Part shown: positions 27,072 through 37,721 of the stretch, piece by piece | Layout: every line of letters begins with the position of its first letter | How positions within the stretch are numbered: position 1 is the stretch's first letter | Assembly: GCA_016700095.1 (NCBI GenBank) | Contig: CP065002.1 | Location: forward strand, 28,074 to 92,073 | DNA: 64,000 nt | Direction: 5' to 3' | Source of the DNA: Candidatus Woesebacteria bacterium | Lineage (GTDB): Bacteria > Patescibacteriota > Microgenomatia > UBA8517 | Position numbers and translations under genes: made by a program | The notes under the pieces: generated by a model | Databases searched by the model: none | Seen by the model: only the letters and a program-made list of their open reading frames with translations | Told to the model about the DNA's origin: nothing

Positions 27072-28258
27072 CTTAATGGTTTAGGCGTTGGTGTTGGTGT
27101 ATTTGTTGGTCTAGGCGTACTTGTCGGTCTTGGTGTATTTGTTGGTCTAGGCGTCGCAGACGGATACCACGTAGGCGTTGGCCTTCGTGTTGGGGATGGT
27201 CCAAATGTTGGCGACGGATTGGGTGTAACGGTCTGCGTGATTGGGGTCGGAGTATCGGGCGTCGTAGAAGGTTCTATGGACGGAACGGAAGTTGGGCTAA
27301 TTGTCGGAGACGGCAAGATAGGTTGTATTAAACCAATTACTCCCCCAGAGCGTGGCGATACGATAAGCGTAAGTGTTTCACGTACATCGGGAGACAGTCT
27401 GTGTGACAAATCCATACTCACCTGAATACTTGACATCAGCGATGTCGGATATAAATTAGTAGAAGGAATCACTTCATAAACAAAATCCGTGTGTGCCCAA
27501 TCTAGCTTGATTTCCGCTCTACCGGCTACTTTGTAGTATTCAACAACGATATTGTATCTTGTATTTTTGTCGAGCAAGATATTTCCTTGCGCTTGAGACT
27601 TTCCGTCTTTCCATTTGTTTATCACTATTTTATCGTCAATAGTCAATCGCGACCCGTCATTAGAATTCAATCTAAAGCGATAATTTCCCCTATTCCGTGT
27701 TTCAAGTTGCCCGGTCCAACGAATCGAATACGACCCGTCGTCTATCTCAGGGCTTGGTGTATCAAAACTCCAATCAAAATCTATATCCGGATCAATTCGC
27801 GTAATTTTATAACCGGTAAAGTTCTCGTTGTCAAAGTAGTTTCCAGTCAGTCCTATTCCTGCTTCGAGCTCAACAGGATCAAGCGACGATGAATATTTTG
27901 TTACTTGGAAATTCTCAACAATCACATCTTTGCTTGTCAGAGGATCATCACCCTTATACAAACGTCCGTCAATCACTCGATACTGCACAGCATCAACACC
28001 AAGAACTCCTCCTGTAAATGTAACGTTTTCGTTAGCCCATTTTACACTGTTGCCTATCTCCAGCTGTACATCGTTTTTACTTTGTTCAAGCGTTTCAAGC
28101 TTTTTTTGTTTAGTGCTAATACCAAAAAGAGAGACAATCAGGTTTGAGGCAACAATAAATATTGCAGTTGAAACGACCACTCCAATTAGCACTTCAATCA
28201 GAGTTATACCTTCAAAATGCGAGTGTTGTTTATGAGTAAAAGGAATTCTTGATTTCAT
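27068..28258 (-). CDS. Type IV pilin/pseudopilin-like protein with PA14 domain and Pro/Thr-rich repeat tail
   Basis: The N-terminus has the prepilin motif [15 protein letters not shown] (G|ITLIE). A central PA14-like segment is present ([13 protein letters not shown]...[40 protein letters not shown]). The C-terminus is [37 protein letters not shown], encoded by ~27-nt tandem DNA repeats. Confidence 0.65.
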   Translation of the reverse strand: MKSRIPFTHKQHSHFEGITLIEVLIGVVVSTAIFIVASNLIVSLFGISTKQKKLETLEQSKNDVQLEIGNSVKWANENVTFTGGVLGVDAVQYRVIDGRLYKGDDPLTSKDVIVENFQVTKYSSSLDPVELEAGIGLTGNYFDNENFTGYKITRIDPDIDFDWSFDTPSPEIDDGSYSIRWTGQLETRNRGNYRFRLNSNDGSRLTIDDKIVINKWKDGKSQAQGNILLDKNTRYNIVVEYYKVAGRAEIKLDWAHTDFVYEVIPSTNLYPTSLMSSIQVSMDLSHRLSPDVRETLTLIVSPRSGGVIGLIQPILPSPTISPTSVPSIEPSTTPDTPTPITQTVTPNPSPTFGPSPTRRPTPTWYPSATPRPTNTPRPTSTPRPTNTPTPTPKPLR

Positions 28259-28259
28259 A

Positions 28260-28760
28260 TCATTTTTCGGGAACTCGATAGCTTAATAGTCTGGCGGTAA
28301 CCGCTTTTTCGTTTCCTGATTCAATCCACTTGACACTGGTTTCAATGATTCGGCTGTTTACGTCTATTTCACCACTGCAGATATTATTAAGCTCATAATC
28401 TTCAATTCTTGCTCCCGTGTCCACATGTCTGCATACACTTATTAGTTTTATACTACGTGTAAATCTGGCCTGTAAATTGTTCTCTTCCCCAGTCACGAGA
28501 ATCCAACTATCTTCGTCCTCATCGTATGCCGGATGATACAAGCCATCCGAATATCCATCCCAATCTCCAATAATGGCGTTGTGTGCTATTTCGACACCTT
28601 CTTGAACAAGCAAACTTGCCCCCGAGTCATATTTGCTTTTCTGTGTTTTAACCTCAAGCATCCCGATGGAGGCATAAAGTGACAAACCTACTAATGAAAA
28701 AATCACGATTGCAATCAAAGTCTCGATAATCAGAAAACCCTTTATATTGTTATCTTTCAT
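28260..28760 (-). CDS. Type IV pilin/pseudopilin-like protein (minor pilin)
   Basis: [24 protein letters not shown] has the prepilin cleavage/N-methylation motif G|FLIIE plus a hydrophobic helix. Its stop sits 2 nt from the next gene. Confidence 0.6.
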   Translation of the reverse strand: MKDNNIKGFLIIETLIAIVIFSLVGLSLYASIGMLEVKTQKSKYDSGASLLVQEGVEIAHNAIIGDWDGYSDGLYHPAYDEDEDSWILVTGEENNLQARFTRSIKLISVCRHVDTGARIEDYELNNICSGEIDVNSRIIETSVKWIESGNEKAVTARLLSYRVPEK

Positions 28761-28797
28761 TGTTGTTATAACGTGTTACGTAACCTAAATAGTATTT

Positions 28798-29286
28798 TTA
28801 TTCCAAACTCTCAATATTGGATACTTCAACTACGCCTGTTTTAAATATTTCAAGAGTAATTTTCTTTTTCTTTGAGTTTACAAGCGTTATACTTGCGGCA
28901 TTTATCGTTTCTCCCGTCCCCTTCTCAAACCAGATGGTAAAATTATGGTCGAAAGTAATTCCGGGATCGAGACTGAATGCTGATTCCTTGGTATACGAAT
29001 CAGCGTTACCGGAAACTACATTATATTTCACATACGTATCGTTTATTATTCCCCAATTAGACTTTTGATTTGCTTCTCGAGCAAACACGTGTGCATTTCT
29101 AATATGATCCGCCAGTGCTTCTGCAGACGCATTAAGCGCTTGGTTGTTTCGTGAATCCCTATAAGTAGTTACGAGTGGTACAATCAGCACTCCAATTATG
29201 GAAACGGCGATGAGCATTTCAATAAGCGTAAACCCGTAGCCACAGGTGTGTTTATTGCATTTTTTATATTTGAAACGGGCAAACAT
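28798..29286 (-). CDS. Type IV pilin/pseudopilin-like protein
   Basis: The N-terminus ...GYGFTLIEMLIAVSIIGVLIV carries the canonical G|FTLIEML prepilin motif. Confidence 0.65.
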   Translation of the reverse strand: MFARFKYKKCNKHTCGYGFTLIEMLIAVSIIGVLIVPLVTTYRDSRNNQALNASAEALADHIRNAHVFAREANQKSNWGIINDTYVKYNVVSGNADSYTKESAFSLDPGITFDHNFTIWFEKGTGETINAASITLVNSKKKKITLEIFKTGVVEVSNIESLE

Positions 29287-29298
29287 GGCAGATTAAAG

Positions 29299-29808
29299 TT
29301 ATTTTACGACTATTTGTGCTGGACTTGAAAATATTTGCAACGGTTTATCAAATGCCGTGATTTGTATGTCTTCTAGGGGGATTTCTACGCTTATATTTCC
29401 ACTTTCTTCAGCCAAAACCGTAACCACACCTAGTTCCACTTGTCCCTTAAACGGGCGTTGATAATCAATTGTTTGATTTTTTGTAATTATCCCATTTGAC
29501 GCAATATTTATCGCTATAGATGGAATTATAAGCGAATCACTTTCAAACATAGCTATTACTTTCAAATCAACTTCGTTACCGCGACTAACAACCACATTCC
29601 CGGGTTCGAACCACAATCTGAGTTCGGCATCCGATTGAGCCTGTGGTGAAAATCTTAAGTTTGGTGGAGTTGTTATAAAGAAAATGAAGGCTGGCAATAT
29701 TGCTGCCAGCAAAAAGACGGGGAGTAACTTTTTTGTAAAAGATACAATCTTTAAATCGTACCTTCTTTTCTCCGGCTTGTCTTTGGGGACGATAAAATGA
29801 TAATCCAT
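29299..29808 (-). CDS. Hypothetical membrane-anchored protein, first gene of the pilin operon
   Basis: One TM helix (LLPVFLLAAILPAFIFFITT) is followed by a beta-rich extracytoplasmic region. Confidence 0.4.
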   Translation of the reverse strand: MDYHFIVPKDKPEKRRYDLKIVSFTKKLLPVFLLAAILPAFIFFITTPPNLRFSPQAQSDAELRLWFEPGNVVVSRGNEVDLKVIAMFESDSLIIPSIAINIASNGIITKNQTIDYQRPFKGQVELGVVTVLAEESGNISVEIPLEDIQITAFDKPLQIFSSPAQIVVK

Positions 29809-29890
29809 ACCTGCCTACACTATATATAAATTGCCGCATTTAGTCTATGCTATTTTCTTAACCAATGATAAAATGTAACCGTTCGCATTC

Positions 29891-29965
29891 GGCCTGGTAG
29901 CCAAGTGGGAAGGCAGGGGACTGCAAATCCCCTATTCGTGGGTTCGATTCCCACCCAGGCCTCCA
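29891..29965 (+). tRNA. tRNA-Cys (anticodon GCA), CCA encoded
   Basis: The acceptor stem GGCCTGG/CCAGGCC is followed by the D-arm AGCCAAGTGGGAAGGC, the anticodon stem-loop GGGGA-CTGCAAA-TCCCC and the T-arm GGGTTCGATTCCC, then discriminator T and CCA. Confidence 0.85.
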
Positions 29966-29978
29966 TGTTTCGGAACAC

Positions 29979-31067
29979 ATGAAAACCTACTACTTTTTTC
30001 TTATCTTTTCTTTTATGCTTGCAACGCTTTTTCTTTATCTTGCCTCAAGTATTAAAACGATTTTTCCGATTAGAAATGGAGAAAATAAACCAACTACCAA
30101 ACAACTAACAAAAAGCATACCATCACCCATAAATTACAGCAGAATATTTGATAATACAACTGAGTTAACTGATGAAACTAGCGAGGAAGTGATATCGATA
30201 TTTATAACAGGCGATATTATGCTCGGCCGATCAATAAACAGCAATTCTATATCAAAAAACGATTATCAATGGGCATTTCGCAATATTAGCAATCTAACAA
30301 ACTTTGGTGATATAACTCTTATTAATCTTGAAAGCCCTTTTAATTCAAAATGCGAACGCACAAATACCGGAATGCGGTTTTGCGCCGACGAAAAACTGGT
30401 TACGGGAATTTCAGACTTTGGAGTGGATGTGGCAAATATTGCAAATAACCATATATCCGATCAGGGCAAAACGGGTTTCAAACGAACACAAGAGGTACTA
30501 ATGGATGCAAATATTGCCATATCGGGAATGGAAAAACCTGCATTTATAACACGAAAGGACACGGTTATTGCATTTTTAGGATTTAATGACATTCCACCCC
30601 ACACAAACCTAGTCGAAGAGGTAACAAATGAAAATGTTAAGAATAAAATCTCTCGCGCTAAAGATGAGGCAGATTTTGTAGTTGTGTCGTTTCATTGGGG
30701 TAACGAATACCAAGAAACACCAACACAGCGTCAAATTGAGCTTGCACACACAGCAATTGATAATGGTGCAGATTTAATTGTCGGCAATCACCCCCACTGG
30801 ATTCAACCACTGGAAATATACAACACAAAACCAATTTTCTATTCACTTGGCAATTTTGTCTTTGATCAGATGTGGTCTCGTAAAACATCATATGGTTTAT
30901 CTGCCCGCGTTTTCATTTACAACAATGAAACGCTGGATATTGATTTTCATCCGATAATTATCGAAAACTACGGACAACCCCGCAAGGCAAATGAAATTGA
31001 AAAGATGCAAATTATGCAAGAGTTCATTACCTTGACTAAGTCGTTAAACATAAGATTACATCCTTAA
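29979..31067 (+). CDS. CapA/PgsA-family metallophosphatase-like protein (poly-gamma-glutamate capsule-synthesis-type domain)
   Basis: A signal/TM anchor is followed by VISIFITGDIMLGRSIN and ...GNHPHWIQP, the CapA-family motifs. Confidence 0.65.
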   Translation: MKTYYFFLIFSFMLATLFLYLASSIKTIFPIRNGENKPTTKQLTKSIPSPINYSRIFDNTTELTDETSEEVISIFITGDIMLGRSINSNSISKNDYQWAFRNISNLTNFGDITLINLESPFNSKCERTNTGMRFCADEKLVTGISDFGVDVANIANNHISDQGKTGFKRTQEVLMDANIAISGMEKPAFITRKDTVIAFLGFNDIPPHTNLVEEVTNENVKNKISRAKDEADFVVVSFHWGNEYQETPTQRQIELAHTAIDNGADLIVGNHPHWIQPLEIYNTKPIFYSLGNFVFDQMWSRKTSYGLSARVFIYNNETLDIDFHPIIIENYGQPRKANEIEKMQIMQEFITLTKSLNIRLHP

Positions 31068-31177
31068 AATAACCCAAATTTCGATTGCGGCTACTAATAG
31101 TATTGTTTTTTCATCTTCAACTAACACCTCTATCTTAAAAACTTGCTTTTTGGCTATTTTTCGGCTAGAATACAGAC

Positions 31178-31205
31178 AATCTCGCATCTAAGCGAGATTT
31201 TTTGT
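31178..31205 (+). terminator. Rho-independent terminator downstream of capA-like gene
   Basis: AATCTCGCATCTAAGCGAGATTTTTTGTG has an 8-bp stem and a T-run. Confidence 0.55.
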
Positions 31206-31277
31206 GTCTCAAGATTTGTCCTGAACAAAGTACATACTGCGTTTACTTGATACACAGCGTTCACCCTTTACGTAAAT

Positions 31278-31970
31278 TTGGGTAATATGAAACAAAAAAG
31301 GCTGATTCTGCCTCAATTACACCACCTTGTTTATACTAACAAGGTGGCAATCAAAGCCCTTTTTCCCAACCCGGGTATGATTTCTAGTGTACGAAAAGGG
31401 AGCAAGGTATCACGATATCTTAGATATATCCTCGAACGCATACAGATTAAAAAAATCTTTGCAACAAATTTAGCAATAATGATTATTGCGGCAAATTACA
31501 TTCCACAAACCAATCAACCCTTCCTCGTCGGAGCTTCGGGTGAAATAACAAACGAAGGAGAAATCATCCACACCAGTAGTCCCTTGGTCATAACTACGAA
31601 TAAAAAAATTCAATACCCCGTGAGATCGATTAATATTTCACAAGGTTATAAAATTTACCATCCTGGTATAGATTTTGACGGAAATACAGGTGATATTATC
31701 TACCCAATTATGTCGGGATATGTGGAAGAAATAAACTACTCAAATATTGGCTATGGAAATGCGGCATACATAAGACATAACGACACAACCACGTCGTTAT
31801 ATGCTCATTTGTCACATATTTTTGTTAAGGTGGGTACGTTCGTTGATTTTAACGATCCAATCGGTACAATGGGGTCAACCGGTCGGTCATCGGGTGATCA
31901 TTTGCATCTTGAGATCCATATAAACGGTAAACCGACAAATCCTCTCGGTTTACTACCTGGTTTACAATAA
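31278..31970 (+). CDS. M23-family (LytM-like) metallopeptidase
   Basis: It has HPGIDFDG...LYAHLSHIFVKVGTFV...GSTGRSSGDHLHLEIHING, the HxxxD and HxH motifs. Confidence 0.7.
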   Translation: MGNMKQKRLILPQLHHLVYTNKVAIKALFPNPGMISSVRKGSKVSRYLRYILERIQIKKIFATNLAIMIIAANYIPQTNQPFLVGASGEITNEGEIIHTSSPLVITTNKKIQYPVRSINISQGYKIYHPGIDFDGNTGDIIYPIMSGYVEEINYSNIGYGNAAYIRHNDTTTSLYAHLSHIFVKVGTFVDFNDPIGTMGSTGRSSGDHLHLEIHINGKPTNPLGLLPGLQ

Positions 31971-32155
31971 TCTGAATGACGTCCCCTGTCGACAAAAGTC
32001 GGTAGTATCCGTCTTCTCAATAAGGATTCGACCTAAAACTACTGGTTGAAATCAGTGGTTTTAGACTTAACGAGAATAAAGTGACCATTGATTCAGTTAT
32101 TACAACAGAGAAACTCTCTATCGATAATATCTTAAGAAGCGAAGTTTGGAGAATC

Positions 32156-33802
32156 TTACATACCCATCATTCCACCACCGGGCATTCCTCCGGCTGGCGA
32201 TTGTGGCTCTTTCTCGGGGATATCCGTAATCAATCCTTCGGTTGTCAGAACCATCATTGCTACCGAGGCGGCATTAATAAGAGCCGAACGAGTTACCTTC
32301 ACTGGGTCTAATATTCCTTTTTTCATCACCGAACCCATAGAACCATCTAGTGCATTATATCCATAATCAATAATAGAAGATTCTTCGATAGCCTTTATTA
32401 TGTGATATCCTTCTCCGCCTTCTCCGGAATTAATTGCAAGATAACGAACCGGGGAATCAAGAGCGTCAAAAACAATATTAATACCTGTTGCCTCGTCTCC
32501 ACTGGCCTTTGAGTCATCTTTAAGTTTCTTAAGTGCTTTACGGGCTTTAAGCAAGGCTACTCCTCCACCAGGCACAATTCCTGCTTCGATTGCAGCTTTG
32601 GTTGCACCAACAGCATCTTTAACTCTTTCTTTTTTGTCGTTTAATTCAACTTCCGTTGCCGCACCAACATTTATTACAGCGACTCCTCCTGCCAGCTTTG
32701 CTAGGCGCTCTTCAAGTTTCTCACGATCAAAGTCTGAGTCACTAGCCTCAATCTGGCTTTTTAACATATTAACTCGTGCCTTAAGATCAGAAGCCTGTCC
32801 TTTACCGCCAACAATTTGAGTCTTGTCTTTGTCTGACCACACTTTATCAGCTCTTCCCAAATCAGAAAGCTCAATGTTTTCAAAACTGGCACCGGTATCT
32901 TCCGAAATAACTTTTCCGCCGGTTAAAATAGCGATATCTTCAAGCATCGCTTTTCGCCTATCACCAAACCCGGGAGCCTTAACAACGAGAACGTTAAACA
33001 TGCCTTTAAGTTTATTAACAACAAGAGTAGCAAGTGCTTCACCATCGACATCGTCCGCTATAATAACCAAGTTTTTGCTTACTTTTACAAATTTTTCCAA
33101 AAACGGAAGCATTTCTTGAACTGAAGATATCTTTTTGTCGGTCAAAAGAATATATGCATCTTCAACTTCTGCCTCCATTTTCTCCGAATTGGTAACAAAG
33201 TAGAGTGAGGCATATCCTCTGTCAAATTCCATACCTTCTTTGTACTCTATATCTATAGTAAAACCTTTCCCTTCCTCTACGGTAACAACTCCATCTCGGC
33301 CAACTTTTTCAAGCGCTTCGGCAATTTTTGCACCAATTAATTCATCACCTGCAGAAATTGTGGCTACTTGAGCTATTTCTTCTTTGCCTTTAAGTGGTTT
33401 TGCCATCTTTTCCAGTTCTTCCAAAACCAAGGCAACTGCTTTTTCCATACCCTTTTTCACCATCATAGGATTCGCACCAGCTGTGATGTTTTTCATACCG
33501 GCTTGAGTCATTTGTTGTGCAAGAAGTGTTGCTGTGGTAGTACCATCACCCGCAATGTCATTGGTTTTTTCGGCTGCTGCTTTAACCAACTGCGCTCCCA
33601 TGTTTTCAAAGGGATCTTGTAATTCAATCTCTTTGGCAACGGTAACTCCGTCATGAATAATGCTGGGAGAACCCCATTTTTTGTCGATGGCAATATTTCT
33701 TCCTTTTGGCCCAAGCGTTGTAACGACTGCTTTAGCGACTAAGTTAATACCTTTCATCAAGGACTGTCTTGCTTCGTCAGAAAATTGTAGTTGTTTAGCC
33801 AT
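32156..33802 (-). CDS. groL: Chaperonin GroEL (Hsp60)
   Basis: [40 protein letters not shown] ... and a C-terminal [11 protein letters not shown] tail. Confidence 0.95.
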   Translation of the reverse strand: MAKQLQFSDEARQSLMKGINLVAKAVVTTLGPKGRNIAIDKKWGSPSIIHDGVTVAKEIELQDPFENMGAQLVKAAAEKTNDIAGDGTTTATLLAQQMTQAGMKNITAGANPMMVKKGMEKAVALVLEELEKMAKPLKGKEEIAQVATISAGDELIGAKIAEALEKVGRDGVVTVEEGKGFTIDIEYKEGMEFDRGYASLYFVTNSEKMEAEVEDAYILLTDKKISSVQEMLPFLEKFVKVSKNLVIIADDVDGEALATLVVNKLKGMFNVLVVKAPGFGDRRKAMLEDIAILTGGKVISEDTGASFENIELSDLGRADKVWSDKDKTQIVGGKGQASDLKARVNMLKSQIEASDSDFDREKLEERLAKLAGGVAVINVGAATEVELNDKKERVKDAVGATKAAIEAGIVPGGGVALLKARKALKKLKDDSKASGDEATGINIVFDALDSPVRYLAINSGEGGEGYHIIKAIEESSIIDYGYNALDGSMGSVMKKGILDPVKVTRSALINAASVAMMVLTTEGLITDIPEKEPQSPAGGMPGGGMMGM

Positions 33803-33807
33803 AGTAA

Positions 33808-34110
33808 TTAGTTAACAATCGCCAGTATATCATCAAACTTGGCAAATAAATATTCTGTTCCTTCAATTTTAACTTCATTTCCTCCCCACTTCTTGTAAAT
33901 AACCACGTCTCCTACTTGTACGGGTGATTTTCTCACGGTTCCGGAATCTGTAATTTCTTCACCGCCTACCGCCAACACCTTTCCTTTTTGAGGTTTCTCG
34001 TTAGCATTATCAGGAAGGTAGATACCCGAAGAAGTTTTTGTTTCTGCCTCAAGAGGCTGAATTATGATGTGCCCGGCTACGGGGAGAATATTTAATTTTT
34101 TATTTTTCAT
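33808..34110 (-). CDS. groS: Co-chaperonin GroES (Hsp10)
   Basis: At 100 aa, ...[10 protein letters not shown]...[18 protein letters not shown]..., lying 5 nt upstream of groL. Confidence 0.9.
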   Translation of the reverse strand: MKNKKLNILPVAGHIIIQPLEAETKTSSGIYLPDNANEKPQKGKVLAVGGEEITDSGTVRKSPVQVGDVVIYKKWGGNEVKIEGTEYLFAKFDDILAIVN

Positions 34111-34144
34111 ATTTCTTTGTTAGCATTCCTAACTATCGACTGCT

Positions 34145-34173
34145 ATTGTAAAAAGTAAAATTATTTTTGTCAA
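34145..34173 (-). promoter_or_regulatory. groES-groEL promoter (TTGACA-N17-TACAAT on minus strand)
   Basis: The reverse complement of 34145-34173 reads TTGACAaaaataattttacttttTACAAT. It lies ~35 nt upstream of the groES ATG. Confidence 0.5.
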
Positions 34174-34225
34174 GTACTTTTTGTATGAAACAAACACCTA
34201 CTCTCTGGAGGATACTGTGTATACC

Positions 34226-35836
34226 TTATTTTGTCAAACCAAATCTCACCAATACGTCGTTTACTTTAACGGTAAATGTATCCATATTACTCAATCCCTT
34301 GTCATTGATAATCGGCTCATACAAATCGGCAAATTGCGCATTAATCCCCGTATTTCCATCGTATGTCATGTCGGCTAAATACCAACTTCGTGCAAAGGGA
34401 GCTAAATTAATAAGGTTAGCTGAAAACATATCATTCTTGAGAAGTTGAGCCATATTTACTATTGGATACGGTTTTCCGACTTTGTTAATTGCAACACTTT
34501 GATCGTTCACGTCTTCTAAGTTATCAGGTTGAGAAATAAAATCAAGAAACCTCCAGGCAACGCCCCTACTTAGACTTCTTTTCCAAACACCCTGTACCCA
34601 ATACGATGCATAAGACAAATCCGGTTCAAGAGGATCGTCTCTTCGCAATTGCGGTAGCGGTATGGATTTGAAATTTAAATCTGGGTTGGTTTTTACTATT
34701 GCTGTTACGCTTTTTGTTGTACCAAAGTACATTGCGACCTGGCCATTGGCAAAAGCCACAGTTGATTGCGGCAATAAATCACTCCAATTGCCATCGTTTT
34801 TCAGTTTTATATAATAAGCAAGTGCTTCACTTGCTTCGCTGCTTCCCGGGTTTGACGGTGTGCCGTGGTTTTGGAAAATCATGAATGCGATTAACTCTTG
34901 CCAATGATCCATGTTTTGAGTTGGCCCAAGAGAAACCCCCGATTGAATAATATTTCCTTGTTTATCTTTTTGGGTTAACTCTCTCGCCAAGTTTCGAAAT
35001 TCATCCCATGTTACGGGTGGACTTTTACCGGCTGACGCGAATATGTCCTCATTCATATATAAAACAAGCCCATCGTACTCAAGCGGAAGTCCAACAACAC
35101 CGTCAGATCGGGTCAAGTCGGCAGCAATAATTGGATAGTATGTGTCAGCGAATTCTTGCGCGCCCATGACAAACGAAGGCATTATATCCAACTCACCCCT
35201 AAACATCGGAACCCAACTATTGTGATAAGCGAAAACGTCCGGTCCGCTCCCCTTCGCCAGTGAATTTGTCAAACGCTCACGATAATTATCCGGTGACTGC
35301 TGGATATATGTAATTTTTGTATTTTTGTTCTCACTTTCAAATTTAGTAATAACTGATTTGTAGATATTTGCATCTTCCAAGCCCCACCATACTATTTCGC
35401 CCTCGGTATCGGTAGGTTCGGTTGTTTCTTCTGTTCCTCGGTTTTTCGTTAATAGTATCGCAAACAATAACCCGACTATAACGAGAAGAAAAATCGCAAA
35501 GATAATTAACACGGGCGGTTTTTTCTTTTTTTTGCCGACAAAATCTTGGTTTGCGTTATTGCCTTTCAAATCAGTCTTATTAGTAGCAGAACTTGTTGAG
35601 CCGGAATTAAATACCCCCAGCAAATCCTTATTTTTAAAAAGAGAGGGCTCTTGGGTCTTTGTTTCGTTGGGTTTTTGCATGTTTGTATTTGATAAATTCG
35701 ACGGGTTGATATCAATATTGGATTTGTAAAGAGGTTGCACATTCGTACTAGCGGTATTTAAAGATTGATCACCGCCAACATTTTGTGACAAATTAGGCTG
35801 TTGAGATTGACCTGTAGTGGTATTTTGATTTTGCAT
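34226..35836 (-). CDS. Extracellular solute-binding protein (ABC-transporter SBP family 1-like) with long low-complexity N-terminal cytoplasmic tail and single TM anchor
   Basis: A ~110-aa Q/N/S/T-rich N-terminus is followed by a TM helix (VLIIFAIFLLVIVGLLFAILL) and an SBP_bac_1-like domain (IVWWGLEDANIYKS...). No permease or ATPase genes are adjacent. Confidence 0.5.
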   Translation of the reverse strand: MQNQNTTTGQSQQPNLSQNVGGDQSLNTASTNVQPLYKSNIDINPSNLSNTNMQKPNETKTQEPSLFKNKDLLGVFNSGSTSSATNKTDLKGNNANQDFVGKKKKKPPVLIIFAIFLLVIVGLLFAILLTKNRGTEETTEPTDTEGEIVWWGLEDANIYKSVITKFESENKNTKITYIQQSPDNYRERLTNSLAKGSGPDVFAYHNSWVPMFRGELDIMPSFVMGAQEFADTYYPIIAADLTRSDGVVGLPLEYDGLVLYMNEDIFASAGKSPPVTWDEFRNLARELTQKDKQGNIIQSGVSLGPTQNMDHWQELIAFMIFQNHGTPSNPGSSEASEALAYYIKLKNDGNWSDLLPQSTVAFANGQVAMYFGTTKSVTAIVKTNPDLNFKSIPLPQLRRDDPLEPDLSYASYWVQGVWKRSLSRGVAWRFLDFISQPDNLEDVNDQSVAINKVGKPYPIVNMAQLLKNDMFSANLINLAPFARSWYLADMTYDGNTGINAQFADLYEPIINDKGLSNMDTFTVKVNDVLVRFGLTK

Positions 35837-35978
35837 GTTTGATTTATATGATCAAGGCAATATTTCCATAGGTCTTGCACCCTAGATAATCTAGCAGTAG
35901 CTAGTATTATTGAATGCAATTTGGATGATAGCCCAACATAATAAATGTTATCATACTAAAGGCGTATGTAGAAGTTTT

Positions 35979-37721
35979 ATGACGAAAAAAATAAGCAAAC
36001 GAAAAATATTTTTTGCCACGCTTCTTGGTGTATTAATCGCCATTGTAATAACCACTCTATCGGCAACCCTCTATTATCAGGAACGTATTTATCCAAATAT
36101 CTGGATAGCGGGGGTGGTTATTGAAAATCACAAGGTGGACACCGCAAAAAACATCATAAAAAACTCGGTTAGTGTCCCAGACACCATGGGTCTTTTTTAC
36201 AATGAAACAAGGTACAGCATACCTCTTGCCGATTTAAAACTTGAATACGATTTCGACCAAACCGTCGAAAATGCCTATAAAGCTCACAGGTCATCCACGA
36301 AACCTAATCTTCTCGAAGTTATACAGAGCTTAAATACAATAAAAGAGATTGAGTTGGTTTACAAGATTGACGAAACCGTCCTTAATAGTCACATATCAGT
36401 TATCGCTGATGAAATTGTGACGCAACCGGTTTTTCCTTCATTAATTGCAACAAACAAAAAAATCGACATTTCTAAAGGATCAAAAGGAACCGATATTAAT
36501 GTTAATCAATTAACACAAACCATCCTCGACAAGCTTTCAACCGGCAATTTTTCCGATACCTTAATTCAGGTTTCCGAAATTGACCCAACCTTAAATGATG
36601 ATCAAGCCTTACATTATCAAAACCGCGGAAATTCCATTTTTTCAAAACAATTAACATTTGTTTTAGATGACACCGACTTCACATATGACGGGTCACAACT
36701 GCTTTTGTTAATTGATCCGTTGGGCAAATATAAAGAAGAGGAGGTGGATAAAGTATATTCCGACTTGGCAATTAAGGTTGAACGCTCCCCTCTTAATCCA
36801 GTTTTTGTCTTTGAAAACAACAAAGTTACAGAATTTAAACCGGCGACCAAAGGCATTACTATTGTAAAAGATGATTTCGCCACTTTACTTGAATCAGCAG
36901 TTTGGGAACTTGAAACCACCGACACTGTCAAGAAGGTCGTTGATATACCGGTGATTAAAACGCTCCCTGAAATTGACACGGGGGATGTAAACAACCTCGG
37001 AATTAACGAACGAATAGGGTTGGGTGAATCTTCTTTTACCGGGTCAATTTCATCAAGAATTCACAACATTGGTGTAGCCGCCAAAAATTTCAACGGTGTT
37101 CTGGTAGCACCGGGTGATACATTATCTTTTAATGCTATTTTGGGAGATGTCTCTACCTTAACCGGCTATCTCCAAGCATATGTAATCAAGGATGGAAAAA
37201 CAGTATTAGGAGATGGTGGTGGAGTATGTCAAGTTTCAACGACCCTTTTCAGGGCTGCTCTAAATGCTGGTTTACCAATCGTTGAAAGACGTTCGCATTC
37301 CTATCGTGTTAGTTATTACGAGCAAAATTCAGCTCCCGGATTAGACGCAACCGTATATGCACCAACAACCGATTTAAAAATACAAAACGACACCCCTTCA
37401 CACATACTGATCCAAACACTTTTTGATCCAAAATTGGCAACACTGGATGTTGAAATATACGGTACTTCTGATGGCAGAATCGTATCTTTAACCAAGCCGA
37501 TCATTACAAGCCAATCTCCTCCTCCTGAAGATTTTTTTCAAGACGATCCCGGTTTACCAATAGGTACAGTTAAACAAATTGATTGGGCAGCTTGGGGAGC
37601 AAAGGTGCAATTTAATTATAAAGTAACAAGAAATGGCGAAGTGCTTCAAGAAAAAACATTTTTTTCCAACTACCGACCCTGGCAGGCAAAATTTTTGCGG
37701 GGTACAGGACCAGTAATCTAA
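35979..37721 (+). CDS. VanW-domain protein, membrane-anchored
   Basis: It has an N-terminal TM helix and a C-terminal GDGGGVCQVSTTLFRAALNAGLPIVERRSHSYRVSYYE (VanW family signature). Confidence 0.6.
   Translation: MTKKISKRKIFFATLLGVLIAIVITTLSATLYYQERIYPNIWIAGVVIENHKVDTAKNIIKNSVSVPDTMGLFYNETRYSIPLADLKLEYDFDQTVENAYKAHRSSTKPNLLEVIQSLNTIKEIELVYKIDETVLNSHISVIADEIVTQPVFPSLIATNKKIDISKGSKGTDINVNQLTQTILDKLSTGNFSDTLIQVSEIDPTLNDDQALHYQNRGNSIFSKQLTFVLDDTDFTYDGSQLLLLIDPLGKYKEEEVDKVYSDLAIKVERSPLNPVFVFENNKVTEFKPATKGITIVKDDFATLLESAVWELETTDTVKKVVDIPVIKTLPEIDTGDVNNLGINERIGLGESSFTGSISSRIHNIGVAAKNFNGVLVAPGDTLSFNAILGDVSTLTGYLQAYVIKDGKTVLGDGGGVCQVSTTLFRAALNAGLPIVERRSHSYRVSYYEQNSAPGLDATVYAPTTDLKIQNDTPSHILIQTLFDPKLATLDVEIYGTSDGRIVSLTKPIITSQSPPPEDFFQDDPGLPIGTVKQIDWAAWGAKVQFNYKVTRNGEVLQEKTFFSNYRPWQAKFLRGTGPVI

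Noticed and set aside
27039-27425. 128-aa plus-strand ORF rich in GLGVGV repeats
   Set aside because: It is the antisense reading of the Pro/Thr-rich repeat tail of the PA14-pilin gene. Low-complexity repeats give open frames on both strands.
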